From Acidobacteriota bacterium (GTDB taxonomy: Bacteria > Acidobacteriota > UBA890 > WLXD01): DNA of 64,000 bases. How positions within the stretch are numbered: position 1 is the first letter of the stretch; each line of letters opens with the position of its first letter. The notes beneath the pieces were generated by a model that searched no databases, was not told the origin of the DNA, and saw only the letters and a program-made list of their open reading frames with translations. Made by a program: the position numbers and the translations under genes. Location of the stretch: contig CBDBHB010000009.1 of NCBI GenBank assembly GCA_965205505.1, positions 352,001 to 416,000 of the forward strand. The letters run 5' to 3'. Positions 48,195 through 56,899 of the stretch are shown piece after piece.

Positions 48195-48878
48195 ATGTCG
48201 ACGAAGCTCGGGGAGTTCATCAGGGCGCTCTTGACTGGCACAGGTCTGTCGCGCCGCGAGCTGCTGAAGCGAGCCGGAATCGTTGGCGCGACGGCCACCC
48301 TGCCGGTGCCGACTCTTGCTCCAGCGCCGGCGGCTGCAACCGCACAGGATGCCTTTGAGACGCTCACCGCGGCGGAATCCGGAGTGCTCGAGGCGATCGT
48401 CGCGCGGTTGATTCCGACCGACGATAGCGGGCCGGGCGCCCTGGAGGCGGGCGCTGCGCGCTACATCGACCGCGCTCTGTCCGGCGCCCTCGCGTCGTAC
48501 CGCGAGGCATACGCGGCGGGCCTCGCCGCGGTGGACGGGTACGCGCAAGCCTCCAGGGGCGCGCCCTTCGCCGGGCTCTGGGAAGCGGATCAGGACGACC
48601 TCTTGAGCGACATGGAGCAGGGCGTTGCGAGCGGGTTCGACTCGAGCTCGGCGGAGTTCTTCGGGCTGCTTCGGACGCATACGATCGAAGGCACTTTCTG
48701 CGACCCGCACTACGGCGGTAACCGGGATTTCGTCGGTTGGGACCTGCTCGGCTATCCCGGCGTCCGAGTGGTGGTTACCGAGTCGCAGCAGCGCATGGAC
48801 GCCGCGGCTACGCCGAGCCGCCGGTCGGCGTACGACTATCCGGGGTTCTCGAAGCCAGGTGTGGACCGTGGCCGTTGA
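48195..48878 (+). CDS. Gluconate 2-dehydrogenase subunit 3-family protein (Tat)
   Basis: SRRELLK Tat motif; RLIP...PGA and DPHYGGN...GW..LGYPG motifs. Confidence 0.85.
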   Translation: MSTKLGEFIRALLTGTGLSRRELLKRAGIVGATATLPVPTLAPAPAAATAQDAFETLTAAESGVLEAIVARLIPTDDSGPGALEAGAARYIDRALSGALASYREAYAAGLAAVDGYAQASRGAPFAGLWEADQDDLLSDMEQGVASGFDSSSAEFFGLLRTHTIEGTFCDPHYGGNRDFVGWDLLGYPGVRVVVTESQQRMDAAATPSRRSAYDYPGFSKPGVDRGR

Positions 48879-50571
48879 GCTGAAGAAGACCGACGTGGTC
48901 GTCATCGGCCTCGGAGCGGTCGGCGGTGTGGCGGCCTTGCCGCTGGCCCAGGCGGGGCTGGAAGTGATCGGGCTCGAGGCGGGAGACTGGCTCGGCCCCT
49001 CGGACTTCGCCCCCGACGAGCTGCAGCACCGGCGCGGCTGGCCACGCTCGGTGCAGAAGGCCAACCGGGAGGTTCCGATCCAACGCCGGAGCGCCTCGGC
49101 GCCCGACTCGCCCCGCTACTCCGTCCACCCGATGATGAACGCGGTCGGCGGCACCTCTCTGCACTACTGGGCGCAGAGCTGGCGTCTCCACCCCTGGGAC
49201 TTCAAGGTGGTGAGCGAGACCACCCGACGCTACGGTGCCTCGCGCATCCCGGCGGGCTCGACGGTGGAGGACTGGCCGTTCGGCTTGGAGGAGCTCGAGC
49301 CCTATTACGATCTCGTGGAATATGAGATCGGGGTCTCGGGCAAGGCCGGCAACATCGACGGCGAGATCGATCCCGGTGGGAACATCTTCGAGGGTTCGCG
49401 GCGCCGCGAGTATCCGATGCCGCCGCTACGAGGCACCGGATTCACCGAGCTTATGTCGGGCGCCGCGCGAGGTCTCGGGTGGCACCCGTTCGCCGGCCCG
49501 GCGGCGATCAACTCACGCCAGTACCAGAGCCGGTCGGCCTGTGTCTACCACGGCTTCTGTAGCCGCGGCGGCTGCCACGTCAGTGCCAAGAACTCGACCG
49601 CCGTAACGACGATCCCCAGGGCAATAGACACGGGGAGCTTGCAGGTGGTGCCGCGGGCTCACGTCCTGCGAATCGCCGATGCCGAGGACGGACGGGTGCG
49701 CGGTGTCTACTACCTCAAAGACGGTGAGACGTACTTTCAGCCGGCGTCGGTCGTGCTGCTCGCCAGCTTTACCTACGAGAATGTCCGCCTTCTGCTGCTG
49801 TCGACCTCGACGACCTATCCGAACGGCCTGTCCAACAACCACGGTCAACTCGGCAAGCACTATCTCAGCCACAACATGTTCAGCGGCGTCGTTGCCCTCT
49901 TTCCGCACGACCTCAACACCTGGTATGGACTGCCGGCGCAGGGCGTGGCGATCGACGACTGGGCCGACGACAACTTCGACCACGACGGGCTCGATTTCAT
50001 CGGCGGCGGCAACCTGTGGGTCCATACGGAGAGAAAGCCGATCAGCGCCGCGAACATGAACACGTTCGGGCGCGCCCCACGGTGGGGCTCGGCCTGGAAG
50101 TCGTTCGTCATGCAGAACGCCGATCGCTCGAACCGGTGCTTCATTCAGACGACGACGCTGCCGTACGAGAGCAACTACCTCGACCTCCATCCGACCGTGA
50201 AGGATCCCCTCGGCGATCCGGTGTGCCGCATCACGGCCGATTTCAAGGACAACGAAAGAAAGCTTGCCGTCTTCCTCCAAGACAAGATGGCGGAGTGGTA
50301 CATGGAGGCGGGCGCGGCGGAGATCGTCAAGCGCCCGATCGACACGATGGGGCCGACGGATCACGCCTACGGGGGCACACGCATGGGCGACAATCCCGAC
50401 ACCAACGTCGTCGATCGCTGGGGCTTCTCACACGAGGCCCCGAATCTCGGCGTTCTCGGAGCCTCCGTGATGGGCACCAGTGGTTCGCGCAACCCGACGC
50501 TCACCGCCCAGGCGCTCGCCTGGCGCACCGCCGAGCACCTGGTGGAGAACTGGGCCTCCATTGCCTACTAG
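48868..50571 (+). CDS. GMC flavoprotein oxidoreductase (gluconate 2-dehydrogenase alpha-like)
   Basis: GLGAVG, VGGT, Cys triad C..HGFC..GGC, HAYGGTRMG and NPTLT motifs. Confidence 0.9.
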   Translation: MAVELKKTDVVVIGLGAVGGVAALPLAQAGLEVIGLEAGDWLGPSDFAPDELQHRRGWPRSVQKANREVPIQRRSASAPDSPRYSVHPMMNAVGGTSLHYWAQSWRLHPWDFKVVSETTRRYGASRIPAGSTVEDWPFGLEELEPYYDLVEYEIGVSGKAGNIDGEIDPGGNIFEGSRRREYPMPPLRGTGFTELMSGAARGLGWHPFAGPAAINSRQYQSRSACVYHGFCSRGGCHVSAKNSTAVTTIPRAIDTGSLQVVPRAHVLRIADAEDGRVRGVYYLKDGETYFQPASVVLLASFTYENVRLLLLSTSTTYPNGLSNNHGQLGKHYLSHNMFSGVVALFPHDLNTWYGLPAQGVAIDDWADDNFDHDGLDFIGGGNLWVHTERKPISAANMNTFGRAPRWGSAWKSFVMQNADRSNRCFIQTTTLPYESNYLDLHPTVKDPLGDPVCRITADFKDNERKLAVFLQDKMAEWYMEAGAAEIVKRPIDTMGPTDHAYGGTRMGDNPDTNVVDRWGFSHEAPNLGVLGASVMGTSGSRNPTLTAQALAWRTAEHLVENWASIAY

Positions 50572-50642
50572 CAGGCCGGAGATGCTCCCCTTCCTTAACG
50601 ACTACCTGGGTCCGGTGCGTTAGTAGGGGGACCTTGAAGACG

Positions 50643-51557
50643 ATGATGCGCCAGCGTTCCGCCATACCTATGAGCGTCGCCATGGCGGCGATGCTCATGT
50701 TGATGGGTCCCACCGTCACCTCGGAGGCGTTCGCCCAGGGCGCGATCACCGCCGGCGAGATCAAGGGCACCTTCCAGGATGATGCCGAGGATGCTCACCT
50801 GTGGTCGGGGCCCGATGGCAAGCCGTTGCCGTTTCGAACCTACGAGGAGGCGACGGAGTTTCTGCGTACCGCCGAGGTCGTGTCGTCAGAGGACTTCGGC
50901 ATCGGCATTACGGGGATCAAACGTCTGGTGCTCGAGCGCGACGGCGTGTGCGTGCGCGGCGCCTTTCACGATGTCGACAAGGTGACGGCGGACTCCCGAG
51001 TGAACCGGCGCATGTTTCGCCGCTACTACGACAGCTACAAAAGCCAGTGTGCCGCCTACGAGATAGCGCGCCTGTTCGAGCTCGACAACGTGCCGCCTAC
51101 GGCCTGCCGCAACGTCAACGGCGTTGACGGAAGCGTGCAGCTGTGGATGGAGGGAACGCAAAGCGAGCGAGACCAACGAGAGACGGCGTCGGGCCCGCCA
51201 GTGACGAACGACTGGATACTCCAGATCCAGGCCATGCGACTGTTCGACAGCCTGATCTTCAACGACGACCGGAACAGCGGCAACTACCTGGTCGACGTAG
51301 ATTGGGAGCTCTGGATGATCGATCATTCACGCGCCTTCCAGGTGCGCACAGAGCTCCGCTATGGCGATGAGATCGTGTGGTGCACGGAGCGCATGTGGCA
51401 GCTGCTTCACCAGGTAACCGATGACCAGATTCGCGCCGCGGTCGACATGTTGTTGGTCCCACGGCAGCTGAATGCGCTGCTCGAGCGGCGCACGATACTC
51501 GTCGAGCACATCCAGAAGATGATCGACGAGCACGGCGAAGGTGCCGTACTCCGTTAG
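50643..51557 (+). CDS. Exported atypical kinase-like protein (PI3/PI4K or HipA-like fold)
   Basis: AAYEIARL...VPPT, GSVQLW, DRNSGN and IDHSRAF motifs after a signal peptide. Confidence 0.65.
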   Translation: MMRQRSAIPMSVAMAAMLMLMGPTVTSEAFAQGAITAGEIKGTFQDDAEDAHLWSGPDGKPLPFRTYEEATEFLRTAEVVSSEDFGIGITGIKRLVLERDGVCVRGAFHDVDKVTADSRVNRRMFRRYYDSYKSQCAAYEIARLFELDNVPPTACRNVNGVDGSVQLWMEGTQSERDQRETASGPPVTNDWILQIQAMRLFDSLIFNDDRNSGNYLVDVDWELWMIDHSRAFQVRTELRYGDEIVWCTERMWQLLHQVTDDQIRAAVDMLLVPRQLNALLERRTILVEHIQKMIDEHGEGAVLR

Positions 51558-51561
51558 CGAT

Positions 51562-51589
51562 CCGCCACACTTCCACCACGGCCTGCTAG
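51562..51589. repeat. Isolated right end of the element-A repeat family
   Basis: CCGCCACACTTCCACCACGGCCTGCTAG matches the element A right TIR at 26/28. Confidence 0.75.
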
Positions 51590-51618
51590 ACTTCGAGCTC
51601 GTCGACGGCTTCGGTTGC

Positions 51619-54414
51619 CTACCCGGACGTGAGCCTGCGGATCTCGTCGTCGAGGCCGGTCATCTCCCAGCGGATCAGTGACCAGGGAATCGATCCGGTG
51701 TCGAGCACGCCATCGAGGAACTCGCTGAGCTTGAACTCGTCGCCTAGCTGGTTGGCGCGGTCGCGGAACAGCTTCATGAACTGCACCTTGCCGACCACCA
51801 TCAACATGTGGTGTCCGACGCCGCGCAACGTGGTGTCGAGCTCGAACCACAGGTGGTGGCTGCCATCGAGCAGCTCTCCATGGGGCGCGTTGCCGACGCA
51901 GAATTCCATCGCATCGGCAAGCGTCCAGTCGCCGCTGTGCATGTAGATGTCCGAGAGTGCCCGCACGGTGCGGAACGCCGACTGCTCGTAGGCGATCTCA
52001 CGGCCGTGCGGGTTTCGTCCGTCCAGGTAGCCGGCGTGCATCAGCAGCTCTTCGAGCGCGAAGGCGAAGCCCTCACCGCGCGCCGTGCCGATCTTGAAGG
52101 GGCGGCGGCCGCCGCGAATCGGACGGTCGTCGTTTCTCGAGCGTAGGCCGTCGAAATGGTGTCCGACCATCTCGTGTGTCTCCTCCATCAACGGCTCACG
52201 GTGTGAGAAGTTGAAGAAGTAGTCGTGCTTCTCGGGCCAGGGGTTGTCGAACCCGTGCCACGAGCCGAAGTACTCATCGGGCGTCAGGTAGTCGTTCACC
52301 GTGAAGATCTCCTGGTCGCGCAGGAAGTCCATCAGGTGGTCGATTGCCGCCGAGACGCTGGCCTTGTACTCGGCCTGCGATTGCACCGGCTCGATGGCCG
52401 GGGCGTCGCGGTTGCGGTTTTCCTCGAGCCGCTGGTAGGTGATGACGCGGTTGTCCTCGAGCTCGACGATGGTGCGCACCTCTTCCCAGGTGTAGGGGAA
52501 CAGGTAGACGTTCTTGAGCAACCAGTTGTAGTTGTCCTTGCCTACCCCGGCGCGGGCCGTCATGCGGTGCTTGTTGGCCTCGATCCACCCGATGTAGCCA
52601 TCGATGGCGGCGAGCGCCGCCTCGAGGTCGGCTATGAGCTCCGGGTGATGCTCCGCCAGGCGCGTTCGCAGCGACTCGTAGCCGGCCCGGGTGTCGCCCA
52701 GCGACAGCACCGCCAGCGTGCCCAGGTCGCCGGCGACGACCGATAAGTCGTGGAGGTTCACCCGTGCCTGCTCGAGAATGCCGCCGACAGATCGGAGCCG
52801 GTCTCGCATCGTGGCGCGCTGCTCCTCGGTGAGCGCCCCGTCCCCCCGCAGACGTGTGCGTGGCAGCGCGTCGTTGTAGAAGCCCGGATCGAGCAACCAC
52901 GGCACCAGCACTCGGTGACGGAACTCGAGTCCGTTCATCTCCGCGCGCACCAGCTGATAGTCGACCTGCTGGGAGATTGGCCAGTCACCGGGATCAATTG
53001 CGGCGAGGCGATGTTGATACTGCTTCAGCTCCTCGAACTGAACCGCCATGGCGGTCGCCGAGTAGTCGGGCACGCCCTCGATCCTCTCGGCGGCGAGGAA
53101 CTTCCGGAAATCCCCGAACAACGCCAGCAGATCCGCGTAGCTGGCCGGGCCAGCATCGCTCGCCAGGTCCGGCAAGCTCACGGTGTCGTCGGCAAAGGCG
53201 AGGAGCTCGATATTGAGGAGCAGGTCGGATCCGTCGCGATCGATACGCTGGTCGATGACCCTGACCGTGACGCCGTCACGCGCCACGTCATACTCGTCAG
53301 CGTTGCCCTCGTAGACGGCAGTGTCGGTGCCGCGGCCGCCGTCGAGCAAGTCGGCGCCGGCGTTGCCGCGCAGCGTGTTGTCGCCGCTGTTGCCGGTGAG
53401 CTGGTTGTCCCAAGCGTTGCCGATCAGGCCGGCGTTGTTGTTGCCGGTTAGCGTGGCGTTCTTGAGATGCTGCGACTTGCCGGTGTAGCGTAGCGAGCCG
53501 TCGCGCTGCATCGAGAACGTGCCCTCGAATTCTGCTGGTAGCTCGGGTGTGTAGGTGAGGAACGGCGGGAAGAACTCCTGCAGGATCGCCAGCCCCTCGG
53601 GATCCGACAGTCGCATCCCGTGGCGGCCTCTGGCGCCGTATCCTCCGAAATGGGAGGTGCCGGCGGGGATCCTGTCCGGGTCTATCGGCCGCCCCTCATA
53701 GACGGTCGGAGGCACCGTCCAGAGATCCAGGTAGTTGTCGTAGATCGCTGCGAAGTACTCGTTGGGCTCATTCTCGAGGTCATCCTGGTTGCCGCGCCAC
53801 AAGCCTCGGTCCATGGCGGCGTGAGTGATACGCCGCAGCTCCTCCTGCATCTCGGGCAGCGCCGGCTTGATGCCGTAGTCGTGCACCATGTGCAGCACCT
53901 CCTCGTAGGAGGCGTCGCGGGTGCGGTGCGCCATGTAGTCCTCGTGACCCTCGACCGGCGCCTCGTTGGCGCGCAGGTCCTGCATGCCGAGCTCGACATC
54001 CCGCAGCGGCCCGCGGAAGGCGGCGCGCATGTCCGGCTCGGTTCTGAATAGGGTCAGCGTTGCCCGGTTATCGGCCATGGCATTGGCGACGATGCGCTTG
54101 TCGGCGCCGTACTTGGTTCCCGGAACGTCGCGCAGTATGTGCTCGAGCACATTGCGCGCCTTGACGATGCGGGCGTCGCTCCAGCCGTCCTGGGCGAGGA
54201 TGTGGATCGGCTTGCCGTTGGGCGCCACCACCTTGGTGTATTTCGCGAAGACCTCGCGAATGACCGGCGAGACGGTTTGCGGCAGCACCACGACGCCGTT
54301 GGCCGATGTGGAGGTGTCGATATCCGGCAGCGGCTCGGTCGCTTGCGGGGCACCGACAGCGACGGCGCCGGCCAGCATGGTGAGGACGACGAGAACGGTG
54401 GCGACCAAGGGCAT
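51619..54414 (-). CDS. EExxH metalloprotease-like + RTX + DUF885-like fusion protein
   Basis: KYTKVVAPNGKPIHI, RDASYEEVLHMVH...NEYF, GGRGTD repeats, then HEMVGHH...EGFAF.LEE. Confidence 0.75.
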   Translation of the reverse strand: MPLVATVLVVLTMLAGAVAVGAPQATEPLPDIDTSTSANGVVVLPQTVSPVIREVFAKYTKVVAPNGKPIHILAQDGWSDARIVKARNVLEHILRDVPGTKYGADKRIVANAMADNRATLTLFRTEPDMRAAFRGPLRDVELGMQDLRANEAPVEGHEDYMAHRTRDASYEEVLHMVHDYGIKPALPEMQEELRRITHAAMDRGLWRGNQDDLENEPNEYFAAIYDNYLDLWTVPPTVYEGRPIDPDRIPAGTSHFGGYGARGRHGMRLSDPEGLAILQEFFPPFLTYTPELPAEFEGTFSMQRDGSLRYTGKSQHLKNATLTGNNNAGLIGNAWDNQLTGNSGDNTLRGNAGADLLDGGRGTDTAVYEGNADEYDVARDGVTVRVIDQRIDRDGSDLLLNIELLAFADDTVSLPDLASDAGPASYADLLALFGDFRKFLAAERIEGVPDYSATAMAVQFEELKQYQHRLAAIDPGDWPISQQVDYQLVRAEMNGLEFRHRVLVPWLLDPGFYNDALPRTRLRGDGALTEEQRATMRDRLRSVGGILEQARVNLHDLSVVAGDLGTLAVLSLGDTRAGYESLRTRLAEHHPELIADLEAALAAIDGYIGWIEANKHRMTARAGVGKDNYNWLLKNVYLFPYTWEEVRTIVELEDNRVITYQRLEENRNRDAPAIEPVQSQAEYKASVSAAIDHLMDFLRDQEIFTVNDYLTPDEYFGSWHGFDNPWPEKHDYFFNFSHREPLMEETHEMVGHHFDGLRSRNDDRPIRGGRRPFKIGTARGEGFAFALEELLMHAGYLDGRNPHGREIAYEQSAFRTVRALSDIYMHSGDWTLADAMEFCVGNAPHGELLDGSHHLWFELDTTLRGVGHHMLMVVGKVQFMKLFRDRANQLGDEFKLSEFLDGVLDTGSIPWSLIRWEMTGLDDEIRRLTSG

Positions 54415-54433
54415 GCTGATTGCTCCGGGGGGT

Positions 54434-54490
54434 TGGCAGGCCATGGTGGAAGTTTGGTGCGTCACACTTCCTTCCACCATGGCCTGCTAG
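54434..54490. mobile_element. 57-bp minimal copy of the element-A family
   Basis: Perfect 17-bp inverted repeat GCAGGCCATGGTGGAAG (54436-54452) / 54471-54487, followed by TAG. Confidence 0.75.
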
Positions 54491-56088
54491 CGATTTAGTG
54501 AACGCTTGCTGATGACCTGCGTGTCGGATCTGGGGATCTTCTCGTCACGTGTGGCGGCGTGATAGGCGAAGCTGGCCAGAATCGCGGCGTTGCCCATCAG
54601 GTCGGCGACGACGATACGATCGTAGACGTCCATGTTGGAGTGCCAAGTCTTGGTGAAGTACTCGAGGTCGTCCTGAAGGAACTTGAATCCTGGCAACCCT
54701 GCCTCGTTGAACGAGACGCTGTCGGTGCCGCCAGTCGGTACGGGCAGCAGGTGCGCGAAGCCGAGATCGTGGAACGGCTCCATCCACGCCCGGAAGATGG
54801 GCGCCACCAGGCTGTTGCCCTCGATGAACAGGCCACGGAAGCGCCCGTACCAGTCGGTGTTGAAGTACACCGAGAAGTTCTCATAGTCGGGCAGACGCTC
54901 GCTGGCCTCGATATCGATGAAATGGTTGCGCACGTAGCCGCGTGAGCCCAGCAGGCCGGCTTCCTCAGATCCCCAGAGGATGCCGCGGATGGTGCGCCGG
55001 GGCTGCGCGTCGATTGCCCGAAGAATGCGCATCGCCTCCATGACCACGGCGCTGCCGGCGCCGTTGTCGGTGGCGCCGGTGCCGGCCGACTCGGCGTCGA
55101 AGTGGCCGCCGACAATGACCACCTCGTGGGCCAGATCGCTGCCGGCAATTTCCGACACGACGTTGTAGTCCTGCAGGTCTTGCTCGTCGTAGCGAACGCG
55201 GACCTCCAGCTCGAGCTCGACATCCCTACCCATGTCGAGCACGCGGATCACCCGGTTGTAGTGCTCCGCGGCGACGATCAGATGTGGCATCGGCTTCGGA
55301 TCGCCCGGCATGATGGGCTCACCACCCACGACGCGGACCGTGCCCTTGTCGAAGGCGCCCTGATCGGTACCGAGACCCGGCGAAACGAGCGCCACGGCGC
55401 CGGCCCGATCGAGGAGCTCCGCGATGGCGGTCGCCTCCAACGGTGCGGCCATCGCGCCGTCGACCAGCTTGTCGTACTCGGCCTCTGCCAGCTGCACGAG
55501 CTCCGGCTCCGGCAGGATGCGAAAGCTCGCCCAGTCGTCGAGCTGCTCCCGAGTGAAGCGGATCCCGTCGGGCGTGAAGCTCGGCTGCAGCTCTCGTGAG
55601 GGGGCGATGAACACGATCTTGCCGTCTACCAGCGCGCCGTACGGCTCGAGATCGGCCGCCGAGCGAATCTCCTCGGCGTTCACGTGGATCGCGGTGCTCC
55701 GAATCTGGCCGTCTGTGCCGCGGGTCCATGGAACGGGGTAGGCGATGAGTGTCTGGTATTGCGGCTCCATCATGTGAAACGATGTGTACTCGTTTTGCCA
55801 GCCCACCCCGACGGTGCCGAATGGCTCGACCACGGCATCGACGCCGAACTCCCGGAACTTCTCGCGCGCCCAGTGCGTTGCTTCGTTATAGGCAGGGGAG
55901 TTGGAAAAGCGCGGTCCGTAGACGTCGGCAATGGTGCTGACGAGCTCCGCGACTCGCGAGCGGTTGAACGCCTCGTCCTTGATCCGTTGGATGATGTCGT
56001 AGTTCACCGGTTCCTGGGCCAGCATGCCGCCGCCGGCGGCGACGGGCCACGACAGCAACGCCAGCAAGGTGATGGCGCGGTAGCTCAT
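54487..56088 (-). CDS. M28-family aminopeptidase/carboxypeptidase Q-like, secreted
   Basis: GGHFD, GATDNGAG, SEEAGLLGS, GGTD and WHSNMD motifs. Confidence 0.9.
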   Translation of the reverse strand: MSYRAITLLALLSWPVAAGGGMLAQEPVNYDIIQRIKDEAFNRSRVAELVSTIADVYGPRFSNSPAYNEATHWAREKFREFGVDAVVEPFGTVGVGWQNEYTSFHMMEPQYQTLIAYPVPWTRGTDGQIRSTAIHVNAEEIRSAADLEPYGALVDGKIVFIAPSRELQPSFTPDGIRFTREQLDDWASFRILPEPELVQLAEAEYDKLVDGAMAAPLEATAIAELLDRAGAVALVSPGLGTDQGAFDKGTVRVVGGEPIMPGDPKPMPHLIVAAEHYNRVIRVLDMGRDVELELEVRVRYDEQDLQDYNVVSEIAGSDLAHEVVIVGGHFDAESAGTGATDNGAGSAVVMEAMRILRAIDAQPRRTIRGILWGSEEAGLLGSRGYVRNHFIDIEASERLPDYENFSVYFNTDWYGRFRGLFIEGNSLVAPIFRAWMEPFHDLGFAHLLPVPTGGTDSVSFNEAGLPGFKFLQDDLEYFTKTWHSNMDVYDRIVVADLMGNAAILASFAYHAATRDEKIPRSDTQVISKRSLNR

Positions 56089-56121
56089 TGGGGGGCTCCC
56101 GGTTCAGTCGTGGACGGCAGT

Positions 56122-56661
56122 TCAGTTGTGGACGGTCTGCGAGAAGAACAGCGTTTCCGTGACCCGGATGTCATGGGCGGGCCGCTCCGGGGTGACGCTC
56201 TCCAGCGTTTCCAGTGTCTCGGGGTCCTCGAACACGAGCGTCCACGCACCCGGATGGGGATTGAAGACACACTCGGGAAACAGAACATGGTGGTGCCAGT
56301 GTTGCCCCCGGTCAGAGAGACTACGGGCGCGCTCCATCATCTCCGCCACCATGGGCGAGTCGGGCTGCAGATCGGCCTGGGCGGCCCCATCGGCGCCTCT
56401 TTCGAGCGGATCGTCGCCGTGCACCATCGTCGCCAGTGCGCGCCCGACGTCCATCATGGGTTCGTCAGAGTAGGTTACGTAGACAACGTCGCGATCCGAT
56501 GCCTCCACGACCATGGCAGGTTGGGTGCGCGGGTTGAGCTCGCAATCGGCTGATAGCACGTGGTTGTGCCAGCGCTCGCCGTCGGCGTGCAGCTCGCGGC
56601 CGATCTCGAGCAGCCGCTCGGCGCTCACGTCTGTCATCTCGACCTGTTGCCGCTGCGTCAT
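56122..56661 (-). CDS. Hypothetical protein with duplicated WHxHxL..C..NP motif
   Basis: WHNHVLSADCELNP and WHHHVLFPECVFNP. Confidence 0.7.
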   Translation of the reverse strand: MTQRQQVEMTDVSAERLLEIGRELHADGERWHNHVLSADCELNPRTQPAMVVEASDRDVVYVTYSDEPMMDVGRALATMVHGDDPLERGADGAAQADLQPDSPMVAEMMERARSLSDRGQHWHHHVLFPECVFNPHPGAWTLVFEDPETLETLESVTPERPAHDIRVTETLFFSQTVHN

Positions 56662-56745
56662 CCGGTCTCGCTTACCGGGCTCCGCGGCGCTGCGTCACCG
56701 CGCTAGTGGGTCTCCAGGTCCCGGTTTCCGGGATCCTAGCCATGG

Positions 56746-56762
56746 ATGTATACAGTATACAA
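56746..56762. promoter_or_regulatory. Putative GntR/FadR-type operator
   Basis: ATGTATACAGTATACAA (tandem GTATAC) in a divergent intergenic region. Confidence 0.55.
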
Positions 56763-56899
56763 TCCGCAGATGACCTTGAGTCGGCATCCGCGGTCAGGCT
56801 CCGCCGATTCCACACAGCCTCTTGTCAGCATGCGTTGAATGGGTTACGACGGGCATGAACTTCAGCGACCCTAGGGGTCCGTGGATGGGAGGCCTTGGT

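Noticed and set aside
7684-50571. RiPP or other biosynthetic cluster (peptidases plus copper monooxygenases)
   Set aside because: No precursor peptide or typical maturase was identified; the exported enzymes and importers point to catabolism.
15595-54490. CRISPR array or integron attC array from the recurring repeats
   Set aside because: The repeats are dispersed and inverted, with no regular spacers, no cas or integrase genes and no GTTRRRY ends.
56808-56822. TTCCACACAGCCTCT, resembling an IS1182-like end
   Set aside because: It is a single short match with no partner end nearby.
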